Assembly: GCA_964016885.1 (NCBI GenBank)
Contig: OZ024742.1
Location: 290,470,001 to 290,534,000, forward strand
Origin: Eledone cirrhosa
Lineage: Eukaryota
DNA length: 64,000 bases
Direction of reading: 5' to 3'
Positions 26,700-39,943 of this stretch are shown one piece after another; the first letter of the stretch is position 1, and the number at the start of each line of letters is the position of its first letter. Position numbers and translations under genes: made by a program. Under the pieces are notes generated by a model. That model made no database searches and had not been told where the DNA came from. It saw only the letters and a list, made by a program, of their open reading frames with translations.

Positions 26700-28370
26700 T
26701 ATATAGAGATTACATGAATCAAAGTTCTGTTTAAATCATTTATTTGCTTACAGTTGTTTCTTCCAAACCGGTGTTTGGAGTCTTCGGAGCAATTATTCAG
26801 TGATTTTTAACATACTTGACCTCCTTTTCAACACAAGAGACATATAGAAACATATGTATATATTGACCCACAGTGGGTTGACATCCATTATAATAATATA
26901 GCATGGTAATTTACATACAAAGATTACAGTCATATTAAAGGACAAAATTAAAGTTAAAATTAAAATTAAAATAAAACATTGGCAGTTTACTAAGATAAAG
27001 CAAGAGGAAAGTTTGGAGTAGCCAGTGTATGCAACAGTCACACGTGTGGCATGCACGAGTGTCCTATTTATATAAGATTATAGTGCGGCAGATTGTTACA
27101 TGTAAAACAAGCAGTCAAAGCAGGCAATTAAGAGCATCATGGGGGTTGTACTGGTAAAGCATTATTCACACACACCTGTACGATATAGAAGCCCGTGTGT
27201 TGAGAAACACCAAAAATATCAAAAATATTACAAATGAGAAGCAAAACAGCACCACTGTCCTCGTACACACAACCACTCTCACAATCCAGGAAATGCAATT
27301 TATAGACTACATGTCCATCACACAATCCACGATGATTCAACATTGGGTGCCTGGTGAACCATGCTAGAACATCACAGCTTGACGTTTTTTAATTCGATTC
27401 TATAGAGCAGGTTGTATTTGTTGTGAGAGTTAACATCGTATTATATTCCGGAAGTGTGTGTGTGATTAAGGGGAGTTAATGCGTAAGTGGAGGTAACTAG
27501 CTGATTTCTATAGCTAAATTTATTATCCTAAAGTACATTAATGGTGTCTCAAATGAGTTCCTATCATATAAGGTTATAAACAATTTCTAAATTTAAGTAT
27601 CTTATCTATAAATTACAGTGTAGTCTATCAAGAAGTATTAAAGGTGTTCATATTAGGATGATTACCTTCTATCATAGAGTGCCACCACCGAATATTCCAC
27701 ATGAAGAGTCAGATCTCCAAATCAATGATCTTTGTAAGTGTAGTCCACCCGCAGAACCTGGCAGGGTCTTATTAGAATCACTTCTATATATGACTCCTGG
27801 TAAGCTCTGGGTCATTGCATGTCTGATTGCATGGCAAAGTTTTGCTTCTCATTTGTAATATTTTTGATATTTTTGGTGTTTCTCTATACACGGGCTTCTA
27901 TATCGTACAGGTGTGTGTGAATAATGCTTTACCAGTACAGCCCCCATGATGCTCTTAATTGTCTGCTTTGACTGCTTGTTTTACATGTAACAATCTGCCG
28001 CACTATAATCTTGTATAAATAGGACACTGTTGCATACACTGGCTACTCCAAACTTTCCTCTTGCTTTATCTTAGTAAACTGCCAATGTTTTATTTTAATT
28101 TTAATTTTAATTTTAACTTTAATTTTGTCCTTTAATATGACTGTAATCTTTGTATGTAAATTACCATGCTATATTATTATAATGGATGTCAACCCACTGT
28201 TGGTCAATATATACATATGTTTCTATATGTCTCTTGTGTTGAAAAGGAGGTCAAGTATGTTAAAAATCACTGAATAATTGCTCCGAAGACTCCAAACCTC
28301 GGTTTGGAAGAAACAATTGTAAGCAAATAAATGATTTAAACAGAACTTTGATTCATGTAATCTCTATATA
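26700..28370. repeat. Long inverted repeat (~545-bp arms, ~590-bp spacer), likely Penelope-type pseudo-LTR pair
   Basis: 26700-27246 is the reverse complement of 27839-28370; each arm carries a hammerhead-like motif; (TA)n flanks. Confidence 0.88.
28278..28326 (+). ncRNA. Variant minimal type I hammerhead ribozyme motif (antisense twin at 26744-26792)
   Basis: TTGCT-CCGAAGA-C TCCAAAC CTCG GTTTGGA A-GAAA-CAATTG-TA-AGCAA; core deviates from CUGANGA at one position. Confidence 0.6.
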
Positions 28371-28689
28371 ACTGCTCTGTAAAACAACTGATGTTGTTAC
28401 ATTGAGCTATTTATCTTACTGGTAATAAGATAGTAATAAATTACTGTCTTTCACTATTTAGGGTATAAAATATATATAACTATAAAAGGTTTTAGTATAT
28501 ACATAATCATAAATAGTATCCTTAATACTATATACTTATATATACATATATATACACATATGTACATATACACACACATATATACACATATACATATTAA
28601 GGGTGAAAGCAGCGATTCTTTGCTTAAACTTTAATCTGTTATTCTAATAAATATATATATATATACATATACAAACACATACAAACTGT

Positions 28690-29590
28690 GGCTTATCGGC
28701 AGTGAGGAACATGACCAATGCTGCAGTGGGAGGAGTGGGTTTTGTTTTCAGCACAAAAACCATTCTATTGGTGAGGGAAATTATACCTGTCTCTCCGCAA
28801 GTGTTGAGGGTGACCTTCAATGGAAACCCAAGACTGACAGTCACCTCAGCCTATAGTTTTGGTGACAAATACAGTGAAGGAGGCAGAGGATTTGATGCAG
28901 GAGGTTGAGACTGTGTCGATGAGTGTGGGGCTGAGAATGAATGAGACTAAAACAAAATATCTGGTAGAGAATGTTGAGAAGCCAGAGGGGATCACTAATG
29001 TAGGCAGGAAGCCGCTAGAATTGGTTGAGGACTTCCTGTATTTGGGAGCAAAGATTGGGAATACAGAAGATGATGTGGTTGAGAGGAAGAGCAAGACCTG
29101 GGCGGCATACCCCAGCTTGAGAGCAGTGTGGAAGTCGGACCTTCGTAAAGACCTGAAAATCCGCCTCTTCATTGCTGTAGTGGAGTCTGTGCTGCTGTAC
29201 GAGTCTGAGACTTGGACACTGACCAAGAAACTCACTCAGATGGTCGATGGGTGCTACACAAGAATGCTGAGGATGGCTCTGAACATTAATCAGTATACAC
29301 TGAGGATGAAAAACTCAGAGCTGTATGGGAGCCTCCCAAAAGTCAGCTCAAAAGTGACACAGAGGAGACTGAGGTTAGCTGGACATGCTCACCAGCATCC
29401 AGAGTTGACATTGCACTCAGTTGTCCTGTGGGAGCCCCTACATGGACACACTGGAAGAGGAAGACCAAGGTTGACGTATGTTGATGCCCTAAGGACAGAC
29501 ACTGGTCTGTTGGAGATGCAGGACATGGCAGCGATAATGAGGGACAGAGACCGCTGGAGAGAACTTGTCCATGGATCTCGGGAATACTCA
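28690..29590 (+). mobile_element. Internally deleted RTE-clade LINE of a second family (APE fragment fused to post-RT region)
   Basis: GGVGFVFS...VTSAYS followed by DFLYLG, LLYESETW, RRLRLAGH and GRGRP. Confidence 0.85.
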
Positions 29591-30046
29591 TCTTTTTCCA
29601 TTTCTCCGAGGGTTCTTAACCCTACTATCAGGCTAAATAATTTCTTTAATTTCTTTAGTCAAACTACGGCGATAGCTTATATTTATAATTTCAAACTGGC
29701 TCGCTGTTTCGAAAATATTCTTACTTGATATATATACAGATACATTGTAGGTTGCTTTAACCTGTCTTTTATTATTCAAAAAACTTCTTGCCAATAAACA
29801 TTAACCCTTTGTGCGCCACTCATCTAACTGTAGACCAACAAATACCAAAAAACGGAGCGTTGACAAGAACGATGGCGAATGAATGTTCGAGATAAGCAGT
29901 TTCCTCCCGAGCTGTTAGTTCACGCGGGATTCTCTGCTACATCTTTTCGTAATAATACCGAACAACGTAATGCTGGTCACTCCTTCCTCCAAAAGCTGTA
30001 CAAAGCATCTCTCTCTCTCTCCCTATATATATATATATATATATAT

Positions 30047-30348
30047 ATATTACTTCAAAATATTAATAAATATAGACAGTCATGTGATCAAATATATTTT
30101 ATTATACATATTTCAGAGGTACTGAGCTATATCATCAGTACGTCCTCATCAGATAAAATAAATTGATGTCTGACACACCTCAACTGTGCTGATGGTTCAA
30201 TTCCAGTCTTGGCAGTATTTGGCAGACATCAATTTATTTTATTTGATGAGGACGTACTGATGATATAGCTCAGTACCTCTGAAATATGTATAATAAAATA
30301 TATTTGATCATATGAATGTCTATATTTATTAATATTTTGAAGTAATAT
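30047..30348. repeat. ~300-bp hairpin palindrome in (TA)n, hammerhead-bearing
   Basis: ~130-bp arms are near-perfect reverse complements around a ~45-bp loop. Confidence 0.9.
30096..30159 (-). ncRNA. Minimal type I hammerhead ribozyme (intact core); + strand twin at 30236-30299 has a TTGATGA core mutation
   Basis: - strand: ATTTTAT-CTGATGA-GGACGTACTGA(TGATATAGC)TCAGTACCTCT-GAAA-TATGTA-TA-ATAAAAT. Confidence 0.78.
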
Positions 30349-30701
30349 TAATAACTCCAGAAAATCTTTTTTGTCGAGTGCTTCTAATCTATTGTAAAAC
30401 TTTATTCATTGATTACTCAATGAACCTTGTTAAACTTTTGGTTATATATATATATATATATATATCATCATCATCATCATCATCATCATTTTTCATCCAC
30501 TTTTCCCTGCTTGCAAGGGTGGGACAGGAACTGATTCTGGTTTGATTTCTACAGCTGGATGCCCTTCCTAACACCAACCTCATTTACAGTGAGTGCTGGG
30601 TGCTTTTTGCCGTGGCACCTTCACGACCACTTTGCAGTGGAATGATAGGGACCCCGGTCCTATCATCTCATTTCTACAGCTGAGTAAACTGGAGCAATGT
30701 G

Positions 30702-30742
<41 letters not shown>

Positions 30743-30810
30743 GGAGGTGAGTTTTATTGTAGTACAATAAAGCAATGCAGATATCGGATAAGAAGCACTC
30801 TACAGTTTGT

Positions 30811-33532
30811 AGAGAGAGAGAGATAGCTTTTATAACTGAGAAAAATATATTGTTTTACATAGAGAGGTTGAAAAACCGTTGGAAGATAATGTATGAATTA
30901 AAAGAATTTGAAAATTAACGAAGAGAAAAAATAATGTATATTGAAGGGTTTAATAATATGTGCGATGAAAAGAAATTGTTAATATGTATTAAGAATAATA
31001 TTTAAGGGTTTAATAATATGTGCGATGGAAAGAAAATGTTAATATGTATTAAGAATAATTTTAAGGGTTTAATAATATGTGCGATGGAAAGAAAATGTTG
31101 ATATGTATTATTAAAAAAACACATAAGTAATGTAAGTAAGGATATATTGTGAGATGAGCATGAATAAGTTAGATGAAAGTGAGAACAAAAATAATGAATA
31201 GAGGATGAATAATCTAACGTCAAAAAAAATGTTTATGTTTACGAAGGATTTTTTCAAGGTGATATAAAGTAAGAATATAGTGTATGTGTAATAATTGATT
31301 CTATGTTAGGCACAGTGAGAAAAGGTACAGATTAGGGGTTAGAAATTAAAAGAAAAAGCAAAAGAAAAGAAAAGGAAAAGGAAGAAAGAGAAGTGATGAA
31401 TAGGAATGATATAGAATATGATAAATAACTTTGAAATAAGGTAGAAAGATGGATATATTTTTAAAGAAGTATATATATATATATGTGCCTTTGAGAAAAG
31501 GATTCTGAATTGATAAAGTTTAGGATATTAGCTGTATACTTTATGGAAAGTTCTGTGGAATTTATGCAAGCAGATAGAAAGCAAGTCAGTGCGTCTATTT
31601 ATTATAGAATCTAAATTAGATATAATGGTAAATTTTTCATTCAGACAGAGATTGCAAGTCTTGGATAGAGAACTGTTCAAGTATGGAGAAGCAGAGGAAA
31701 CCTTCTTCCAAGAGATGTTATATTTAATATTTTTGTCTTTCAAGGACCATATGAGTTCTGAGAGAGGCGTGTTGGTTCTTTTAAGTTTATATTTAAAAGA
31801 CGAATGATGATTATAAAGACGAGCTTTAAAGGAGGTGGAAGTGGAGCCAAAATAGGTGAAGGAATTGGTGTCAGTTATAACTTTACATTCGTAAATTAAG
31901 TTTTTATCAAGACAATGGTTGTTGAGAGGACATTTATTTTTAGCAGGGCAATTGCAATTGCAATTAGAGAGATTATTAACGAGTGACCTAGTGTTATCTA
32001 TAGAAGGAATTGGATTGGAGAAGTTATTTGCGATAGCAATAATAGTTTCTTGATTTAGAATGGGATTAAGAACATTTAGCGAAGTTGTGTTTGACGTTGT
32101 ATTTGGGTTTGCAGAAATTAGCCTACGGTTTACAATGACGTCGGGAGTACTATTACTATTATTATGATATTCAGTGTTGGAAGGAAGAGATTTAGTATTT
32201 AGTATTTTATTGTTGTGTTTAGAGATAATGTTGGAAATGTTGGAGGATGTTGAATAGGAAAATTTTATAGTGTGTTTGTTAAATATTTTACTATAGATAT
32301 GTGAGGGAGGGAAGCATTTATTTAAGGCACTAAAGAATAATTTAGGAATATTATTATTAATAGAGATGGAGAAAGGAGCATTATACCAGATTATGTTTTT
32401 GTATCTAGGTCTTTTATTAAAGTTATTGGAATGATCATGATTAATTATTCTACTGTAAGATTTTCTAGAATTTGTTTCTTTATTATATTTGATTTTATCA
32501 GGATAGCCGGCTTTAGAAAGCGCGTTATTATAGTAATTGGCGTTAGCATCGAAGATGTTTTTATTAGAAGATAGGTTAGATATTCTTTTTCCAATATTAC
32601 TAACTATAGCATCATTCTTAATATTAGTAGGGTGGTTAGATTTAAAATTAACATAATTTAGGTTCTCATTGTTTTTATGGCCAGTGTCTGTGCCTAACAT
32701 AGAATCAATTATTACACATAGACTATATTCTTACTTTATATCACCTTGAAAAAATCCTTCGTAAACATAAACATTTTTTTTTGACGTTAGATTATTCATC
32801 CTCTATTCATTATATTTTTCTCACTTTCATCTAACTTATTCATGCTCATCTCACAATATATCCTTACTTACATTACTTATGTGTTTTTTTAATAATACAT
32901 ATCAACATTTTCTTTCCATCGCACATATTATTAAACCCTTAAAATTATTCTTAATACATATTAACATTTTCTTTCCATCGCACATATTATTAAACCCTTA
33001 AATATTATTCTTAATACATATTAACAATTTCTTTTCATCGCACATATTATTAAACCCTTCAATATACAAACCTTAACTTTACATTATTTTTTCTCTTCGT
33101 TAATTTTCAAATTCTTTTAATTTATACATTATCTTCCAACGGTTTTTTAACCTCTCTATGTAAAACAATATATTTTTCTCAGTTATAAAAGCTATCTCTC
33201 TCTCTCTATCAGCTATCTCTCCTCCTATCTCATCCTTCCTCATTACACTCCTCCCCCTCCACTTTTTACTCTCATCTCCTCCTCTTTTTTATCCTTTCCA
33301 CCCCCACGACCCCCCACAAAAAAATTTTTTTTTCCCCAATATCACATATCAATCTAAAACTACTTTTCATATGTTGATTTAAAACTGCACTATCCACAAG
33401 TGTTTTTAACCTTCATATCATGTCCTCATATTTTATCTGATGAAAACACAAATGTTATTGCATGATGATATTTGTTTTTGAAATGCGCATAATAAAATAC
33501 ATGGAACTCATTTAACCATCTTTTGATCTTAA

Positions 33533-33533
<1 letters not shown>
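30811..33533. mobile_element. 5'-truncated Penelope-like element (GIY-YIG endonuclease) with inverted terminal duplication
   Basis: ORF 31528..32700 (-) has CNC..CPL, LIYECKV...TYFGST..FKARLYNH and CNLCLNEK. 30811-31315 is the reverse complement of 32688-33207. The + arm continues to a hammerhead and (TA)n. Confidence 0.9.
33429..33499 (+). ncRNA. Minimal type I hammerhead ribozyme in Penelope terminal repeat
   Basis: TATTTTAT-CTGATGA-long stem II (ACAAATGTTATT/GATGATATTTGT)-GAAA-TGCGCA (palindromic stem III)-TA-ATAAAATA; all core nucleotides canonical. Confidence 0.87.
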
Positions 33534-33563
<30 letters not shown>

Positions 33564-34708
33564 ATAAGAACAGATTAAAGTTTAAGCAAAGAATCGCTGC
33601 TTTCAACATTAACGGGATCTTCTGAAGCTAAAAAATATAATCTGTGAACGCAGAAGTAAATGAAACTGAAGGAAAACAGGAAGACGATATTTTGGTTCGT
33701 GAAGACAATAAATGGAAAAAAAGCGAGGATAATACGTCGTTATGTGGACTGAGAAGAACAATTTCATGCAAAGACAAGACCAAGTTTATGGCATAAATGG
33801 AGTCGTTAGACTAATATTCTATTTAAAATAACCGAATGATTTCCAGCCCCGGAGTTTAAGAATTATGTAAATAAAATTGAAAACGAAAATGACAGAGGTT
33901 ATTAAAATAGTAAAAGTAAATAGGGAAGATTTAGGCCAGTACATATGTATGCGCCGACGGACATACACATACATATACATACACACACACACACAAACAC
34001 ACACGCACGAACGCACATGTGTGTGTGTGTTTAAGACTTATGCCTTTCTACAGTATTTTCACCAAACTTAAGACATAAGTTACTTATGTACTCCGGATGG
34101 TCATGGGCACTTTCATTTTTACAGATATTGATTATAGGGCTCCCTGGCAGATAACCCCCTTCAACCGCTTCCTTGGAGTTGACTGAAGCACTGCAGTGCA
34201 ATGTAACAAAACGTCATAACTTCTGGAGTTCGCAACCGATTTTCACAAAACTTGACACATGGGCTACGTTTGTTCTACAGATGAATGTGATTTGGCACAT
34301 ATCGAGTAGGGGACCCCAGGGGGCAGGAACCCCCTTTTGGAAAAAGCCGATGATTTTGTAAAAGTATAGTTTTCGAATCAGTACTGAAGTATTGACATAA
34401 ATGGTATACATAACTGCTATTTAATACCTGAGCAACGCCGGGTACCTCTGCTAGTATTTTATACATTTGAAGAATGCCTTGCAAATGTGGTTTTATGCAG
34501 TACATGATGTTAAGAGTTAATGTGATGCAGTCATACTGTTCTGTTATACTTTTCAAGAACATGTTGCCAATGCAGTTTCCTGAACTGTACGACATGCAAA
34601 GTTAATTTGAAAATAAAATTTAGCCCTTTGTGCTCCATTATTCTATTTGCAAACATCTAAAATCAAAATGGAAGTAAACATGATTCTATTTATTATTTCT
34701 TCTAACAG

Positions 34709-34796
34709 AAATTTGACGAGTATTTTATATGTCACGTGATGGATACAAGTGGAGCTATTTCAAACACGGAAGAAAGGAATGCATTTATATCAGAGG
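34709..34796 (+). CDS. Exon F: last helix of macrodomain + linker
   Basis: ttcttctaacag acceptor, gtaaag donor, 88 nt, phase 0-1; KFDEYFICHVMDTSGAISNTEERNAFISE(G); bridges exon E (phase 0) to exon C' (phase 1) in frame. Confidence 0.75.
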
Positions 34797-35489
34797 GTAA
34801 AGTATTTGTTACTTAATTCTGAATATTATTATTAAGAAGACTTTAAAGAGTTGTCAAGGGCACAACAGCCACTCTAGTGTTGGTGATATCACTTTACAGA
34901 ATGGATTGCGTGCATTTTATCATGGCAGTTGCACAAAGTGATCATTGCATTACAATGCCTGTGTGTGAAGTGCAATACTGCGTAGTAGTGAAACATGGAC
35001 TGTGACTGCAGAGGGCATATGTAGACTGGAGAGAAATTAAACAAACATGCTCCGTTGGATATGTAGTGTAAGTGCAAGAGAGAGGCAGAGCTAGGTTTAA
35101 GAGAAATGTGAGGTAGTGTGCAGGAGAGAAGACTGCATTGGTTTGGACATGTGATGAGCATGGACAATGATCATTGGGTGAAGAAGTGCTAGGAAATGCC
35201 TGTGGGAGGAAATAACGGTAGAGATAGACCAAGAAAGACCTGAACAGAGGTTGTAAAAGCTGACTTCAAATCACTGAGATTTACAGAGGTGATGATAAAG
35301 GATTGCATTGTGTAGAGATGCCATATTGAGGAGAAACCATCCAACCCATACAAGTGTGGAAAAGCGGATGTTAAATTAATGATTATTATGATGATGATGA
35401 TGATAATATATATAGTTAGAAATAGAAGCTTTCATCGCATTTTAACCAAAGAAAATTATACTTACTACAAATTTATAGTTTATAATTTG

Positions 35490-36130
35490 AATGTTATAGT
35501 TCTCCAGGCTGTAACAGAGGAGTTTCAGACTGGCTGTCTATGGCAACTTCTATATGCATATGATTTAGTTCTTATTGCTGAATCATAAGAAGAGCCTGAA
35601 AAGAAATTCCTGCTGGAGAAACAGAATTTAGAATGAAAAGGGTCTAGATTAAATATAGCAAAGACCAGTCTTAGTAAATAAGAAAGAAGACAAAACTCTG
35701 ACTCTATGAAGGAAGTGCCTGTGCTTGATGTGTAGAAAAAGAGTAGGTAGGAACTCCACATGATGTACACAATGTAAAACATGGATACAGTGGGATACCT
35801 GACAGGTGTAGTTTGTAGTTAGTGCAACATTGAAATAAACTTTTTCCTATCTTGGGATGATTCAACAGAGGTACTGGGTAGCTTCTGTTACTTAGGTAAC
35901 TTAATTAGCTGTGAAGCATAGTGTCTAGAATAAGAACAGGTTGGAAAAACTTTTAGGGGTAAAGGGTTGATTATATGATACCTGCATGAGAAATGTGATG
36001 TTGCTTGGCAGAGAGATATGGGCAATGAATGCAGAGGATATTTGGAGGCTGGAGAGAAATTAAGTGAGGATGCTCTGTTCGATCTGTATTGTTAATGTGC
36101 TTGAACAACAAAGCATAGATGAGCTGAGAA
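35490..36130 (+). mobile_element. Old, highly decayed RTE fragment
   Basis: VLQAVTEEFQTGCLWQLLYAYDLVLIAES is homologous to the RT region of 45099..46241. Confidence 0.75.
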
Positions 36131-36299
36131 TTAGATATAGTACTATTTTACATGTTTTTAATAATATGCCTCAATCTGTTGGACCCTTTCTAAAAACTAA
36201 CCTTCTCCTAAAGTTACCCATTTCCCCCTCCCAATACCACCATTGCTATTTGGTACAATCATAACTCAGCGGTTTATAGTAAGTTCTCTTACCAATCTC

Positions 36300-39200
36300 T
36301 ATAGCAAAACCACCACCTCGGTTATTACTCCTTATGTTTAGACCTGGTTGCCTTTCGGTTTGCTAAATGAACTGCAGAATTTGGAGAGTCTGAACACTCA
36401 ATGACAATGTCACAGATAAAGATAAATTCACCTTCCACTGCCAGACGAGAATGCAAGGACTCCTCTTTATTTCAGACATGGATGACCAACATAATTCTGT
36501 CTCCCACAGCCCTCCCTGCGCTCCCAACCCATCCATTCCACCCACCCAACGAAATCCAAAACTTCAGAGTTGGTACCATGAACGTAGGCACATTGAAAGG
36601 TCACTGAAATGAGGTTGTAGAGATGCTTGAACGTAAGGAAGTTGATGTTTGTTGTGTTCAAGAGACTAGGTGGAAGGATGGATTTGCTAGATTCATTGTG
36701 GGTAAAAAACGAAGCTATAAACTTTTCTGGGTGGGAAATGATAATGGGCTGGGGGAAGTAGGAATTAATGTTAGATGAAAATAGGTAGATAAGGTAATTG
36801 CCGTAAATAGAGTGAATGACAGAATAATTAAAATACAACTAGTTCTAAATAGAACTACTGTGACAATAATATCCGCTTGTGAACCCCAATCTGGCCTACT
36901 TAACGTTATAAAAGACAGGTTCTATGAGTTGCTAATGCTCACTACCTCCCAAATAACCGACACTGACTACTTAATTATTGCTGGTAACCTTAATGGATTA
37001 TATCCTTACTAGAAGACGTGACAGAGTGTCTGTTGTAAACACTAAGTCCCTCCTCCATGAAGAATGCGCCTCCCAACATAGCCTAGTAGTTAGTGACCTC
37101 ATAGTCAGAACTAGACGCACTCAACGACAGAGGAGGACTACCTTGAGGAGAAGAATATGGAAGTTAAAGGACCCCACAACCAGTGACAAATTTAAAAGCT
37201 TATTACTTGATGCTTTTTGAAAGTAAGGAAGAGCAATTAGAGACGTACAATATAGAGGAACAGTGGGTATTCCTGAAAGTTAACCTGCTTGAAGGCAACA
37301 GATGAAATCTGTGGCTAGAGCAGACCTATAGGCAGGAGGAGAGTAACTTGGTGGTGGAACAGTAAGATGGAGGAGACAATCAAGGCCAAAAAGCAGGCTT
37401 CGAAAGTATGGTGGGATGGGGCAAATAGAGAACACTATCAAGTGGCCAGGAGAGAAGTTATGGGACAAGTGTACCTAGCAAAAAGGGAAGCAAAGGATAG
37501 AAAGTTCAAGCATGTTCTACAACGTGAGGTGTTCAGGATTGTGAGACAATGTGTCAAAGAAAATTGTGATATTGTCGGGAGAAGTGTGTCCGTAATGATG
37601 ATGGTGTACTTGCCCTCACTTACACTGATAAGAAGATAGCTTGGAAGTGTCACTACGAGAGACTACTAAATGAGGACAATAAATAGGAAAAAGATCTAAT
37701 AGAGGGACCAGCAGTGCAAGTTAGTGGTTGTATAATAAGTAAGGCAATCAAAGATATGAAGACGGGGAAGGCGGCTGGGCCTTTGGAGATAGTTGCTGAG
37801 ATGTTGAAAGCATCTGGAATGATGGGACATACTATGGTCACCCGGATAGTAAACCAAGTAATACAGAATGGGGTCATACCAAAGGACTGGCATAGCAGCA
37901 GCATCATTAACTGCTACAAGGCTAAAGGAGATGCTCTAGATAGGGGAAACTTTAGAGGCATTAAGTTAGTTGACCAGGTCTTGAAGATCACATTAAAGAG
38001 TTATAGCACAACTAATCAGAGATCGAATTGATCTAGATGAAATGCAGTTTGGGTTTGTGTCAAGTAAAAGTACCACAGATGCTCTTTTCCTTGTACAACA
38101 ACTACAGAAGTACCTAGCTAAAAATAATAACCTCTACTTAGCTTTTGTTGACTTGGAGAAAGCCTTTGACAGATTCCCACGCTCTATTATCTGGTGGGCC
38201 CTTAGAACACTAGGAGTAGATCAATGCCTTGTGAGAGCTATACAAGCCATGTATAAAGATACAGTCAGCAAGATTAGATTAACAATGCATATAGTGAAGA
38301 ATTTAGCATAAATGTTGGTGTTTTTAGCAGTATTAGTTATAGATGTTATCGAGATACGAGTGACATAATAATTATTTCAACAGCAGAAATTAGAGATGAA
38401 ATATACGTTTATTTTTTGATGTAGCACAAACAATGGTGTTGTACAGAGGCTGGTTTTTCTGTTTCTGGCGTGTGATCAGTCGGCTTTCCAGTGGCTGTCT
38501 GTCTTTTCTTTCTGGCGTTCTCAACCGGCGTTGTTCTATCAAGGAGCGTGAGGCGTCTTACTACAGTACCTCGAGCCAGATTTTCAAATTATTGAAAATC
38601 GATGTCGTTACTCACATGTGGAGTAAGATGGCGAACAATGCAACAAGGGGGAGCTATCCGTTCTAGCAAAAATTGAATCCAGAATAAGGATTTGAAAAAT
38701 GTTAAATGTGAAAAATGTTAAATGTTTATTATTGCCCTTCAGGCTATAACAGAGGAGTTTAACACTGGCTGCCCAATGGAACTTCTATACGCAGATGATC
38801 TAACTCTCATAGCTGAATCTATGGCTTAACTAGAGAAGAAATTCCAAACATGGAAGATTGGCCTAGAATCAAAAGGCCTTAAAGTTAACTTGTCTAAGAC
38901 TAAAGTTCTAGTATATAGAAATGAAAATGGGAAATGGCCATGCTCAGTGTGTAGGAAAGGAGTAGGTAGAAATTCCATTCTATGCTCCAAATGCAAACAA
39001 TGGGTACATAAAAGATGTAGTGGGATCTCAGGCAAGCTATCTAAGAACGTAGATATTATATGTGGCCGATGCTCAGGTGCAATAAGTAGCAAATGCCCAC
39101 TGGATACTAGCTCCTTCAACTGCCCAGATGGTTTTATAGAAATAGTTGATACTTTCTGTTACCTGGGTGACAAAATCAGCAGTGGTGGAGGGTGCTCTGA

Positions 39201-39800
39201 AAGTACAGTAGCCAAAGTTAGAACGGGATGGACAAATTTCAGAGAGCTTATACCGCTGTTGGCCACAAAATGTTTCTCTCTGAAAATGAAAGGCAGATTG
39301 TTTGATGCTTGTATACGAACAGCAATGTTACATGGCAGTGAGACATGGGCATTGTGTGCAGAGGATCTGCCCAGAATGGAAAGGAACGAAGCATGCATGC
39401 TCCATTGGATGTATAATAGTAATATACACGAACGGCAAAATGAACTAAGTGAGAAATTAGGAATAAGAGGGATCAGATGCTGTTTACTTGAGAGAAGATT
39501 ACGTTGGTATGGTCACATGATGCGCATGAAAGATGACAGCTGTATAAAAAAGTGAAGGGTGTTCAAAATTAATTGAAGTTATGGAGTAGGTAGACCCAGA
39601 AAAACCTGGGACGACATGATAAATTCCGACCTTGCACACTTGTACCTCTGTAAGACAAAGTCACTGGATCTGAAGATCTTTGGTGCCACACAGTAATACA
39701 GAAAACCCACCTTCCCTATGTGCAAAGTTAACCTACAGTCAGTAGGCCCCTCCAAACCAAACATACACCCCAACTACCACTACTGCATTAAACAATGATG
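36300..39800 (+). mobile_element. Near full-length degenerate RTE LINE, interrupted at ~38321-38725
   Basis: Fragments homologous along their length to 43051..46241 (NVGTLKG, AFVDLEKAFDR, LYADDL, RRLRWYGH); many stops and indels. Confidence 0.9.
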
Positions 39801-39943
39801 ATGATGTGCAAGAAAGGAGATTGTGTTGGTATGGGCATGTGGTTCAAATGGTACAGAAATCCTAGTGTAAGAAAGACTGAGGAAAACCTGGGCAGAAGTT
39901 ATGAGAGCAACTCTCCAAAGTAAGAACCTCACAGAGAAGATAA

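Larger units (their letters stand above)
13040..33774 (+). repeat. Intragenic segmental duplication, copy 1 (aligns with ~46865-64000)
   Basis: Colinear near-identical exons, introns, satellite and TE insertions; offset 33821 at exon C and 30226 at the window end. Confidence 0.95.
26389..34454 (+). mobile_element. Probable non-autonomous Helitron carrying nested insertions
   Basis: 5' end A|TCTATATATATAAAA at 26389. 3' GC-rich hairpin TACCTGAGCAACGCCGGGTA followed by CTAG|T at 34451-34454. A/T target, no TSD. Pairing of the two ends is inferred. Confidence 0.55.

Noticed and set aside
26793-27056. Repeated 87-89 aa ORF (MHATRVTV...) also at 59957 and 60532
   Set aside because: Non-ATG start, low complexity, and recurs only because it lies in the inverted-repeat arms.
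32688-32700. ATG start of the 390-aa Penelope ORF
   Set aside because: The ATG comes from the inverted arm at the junction; the ORF is a 5'-truncated remnant lacking RT.
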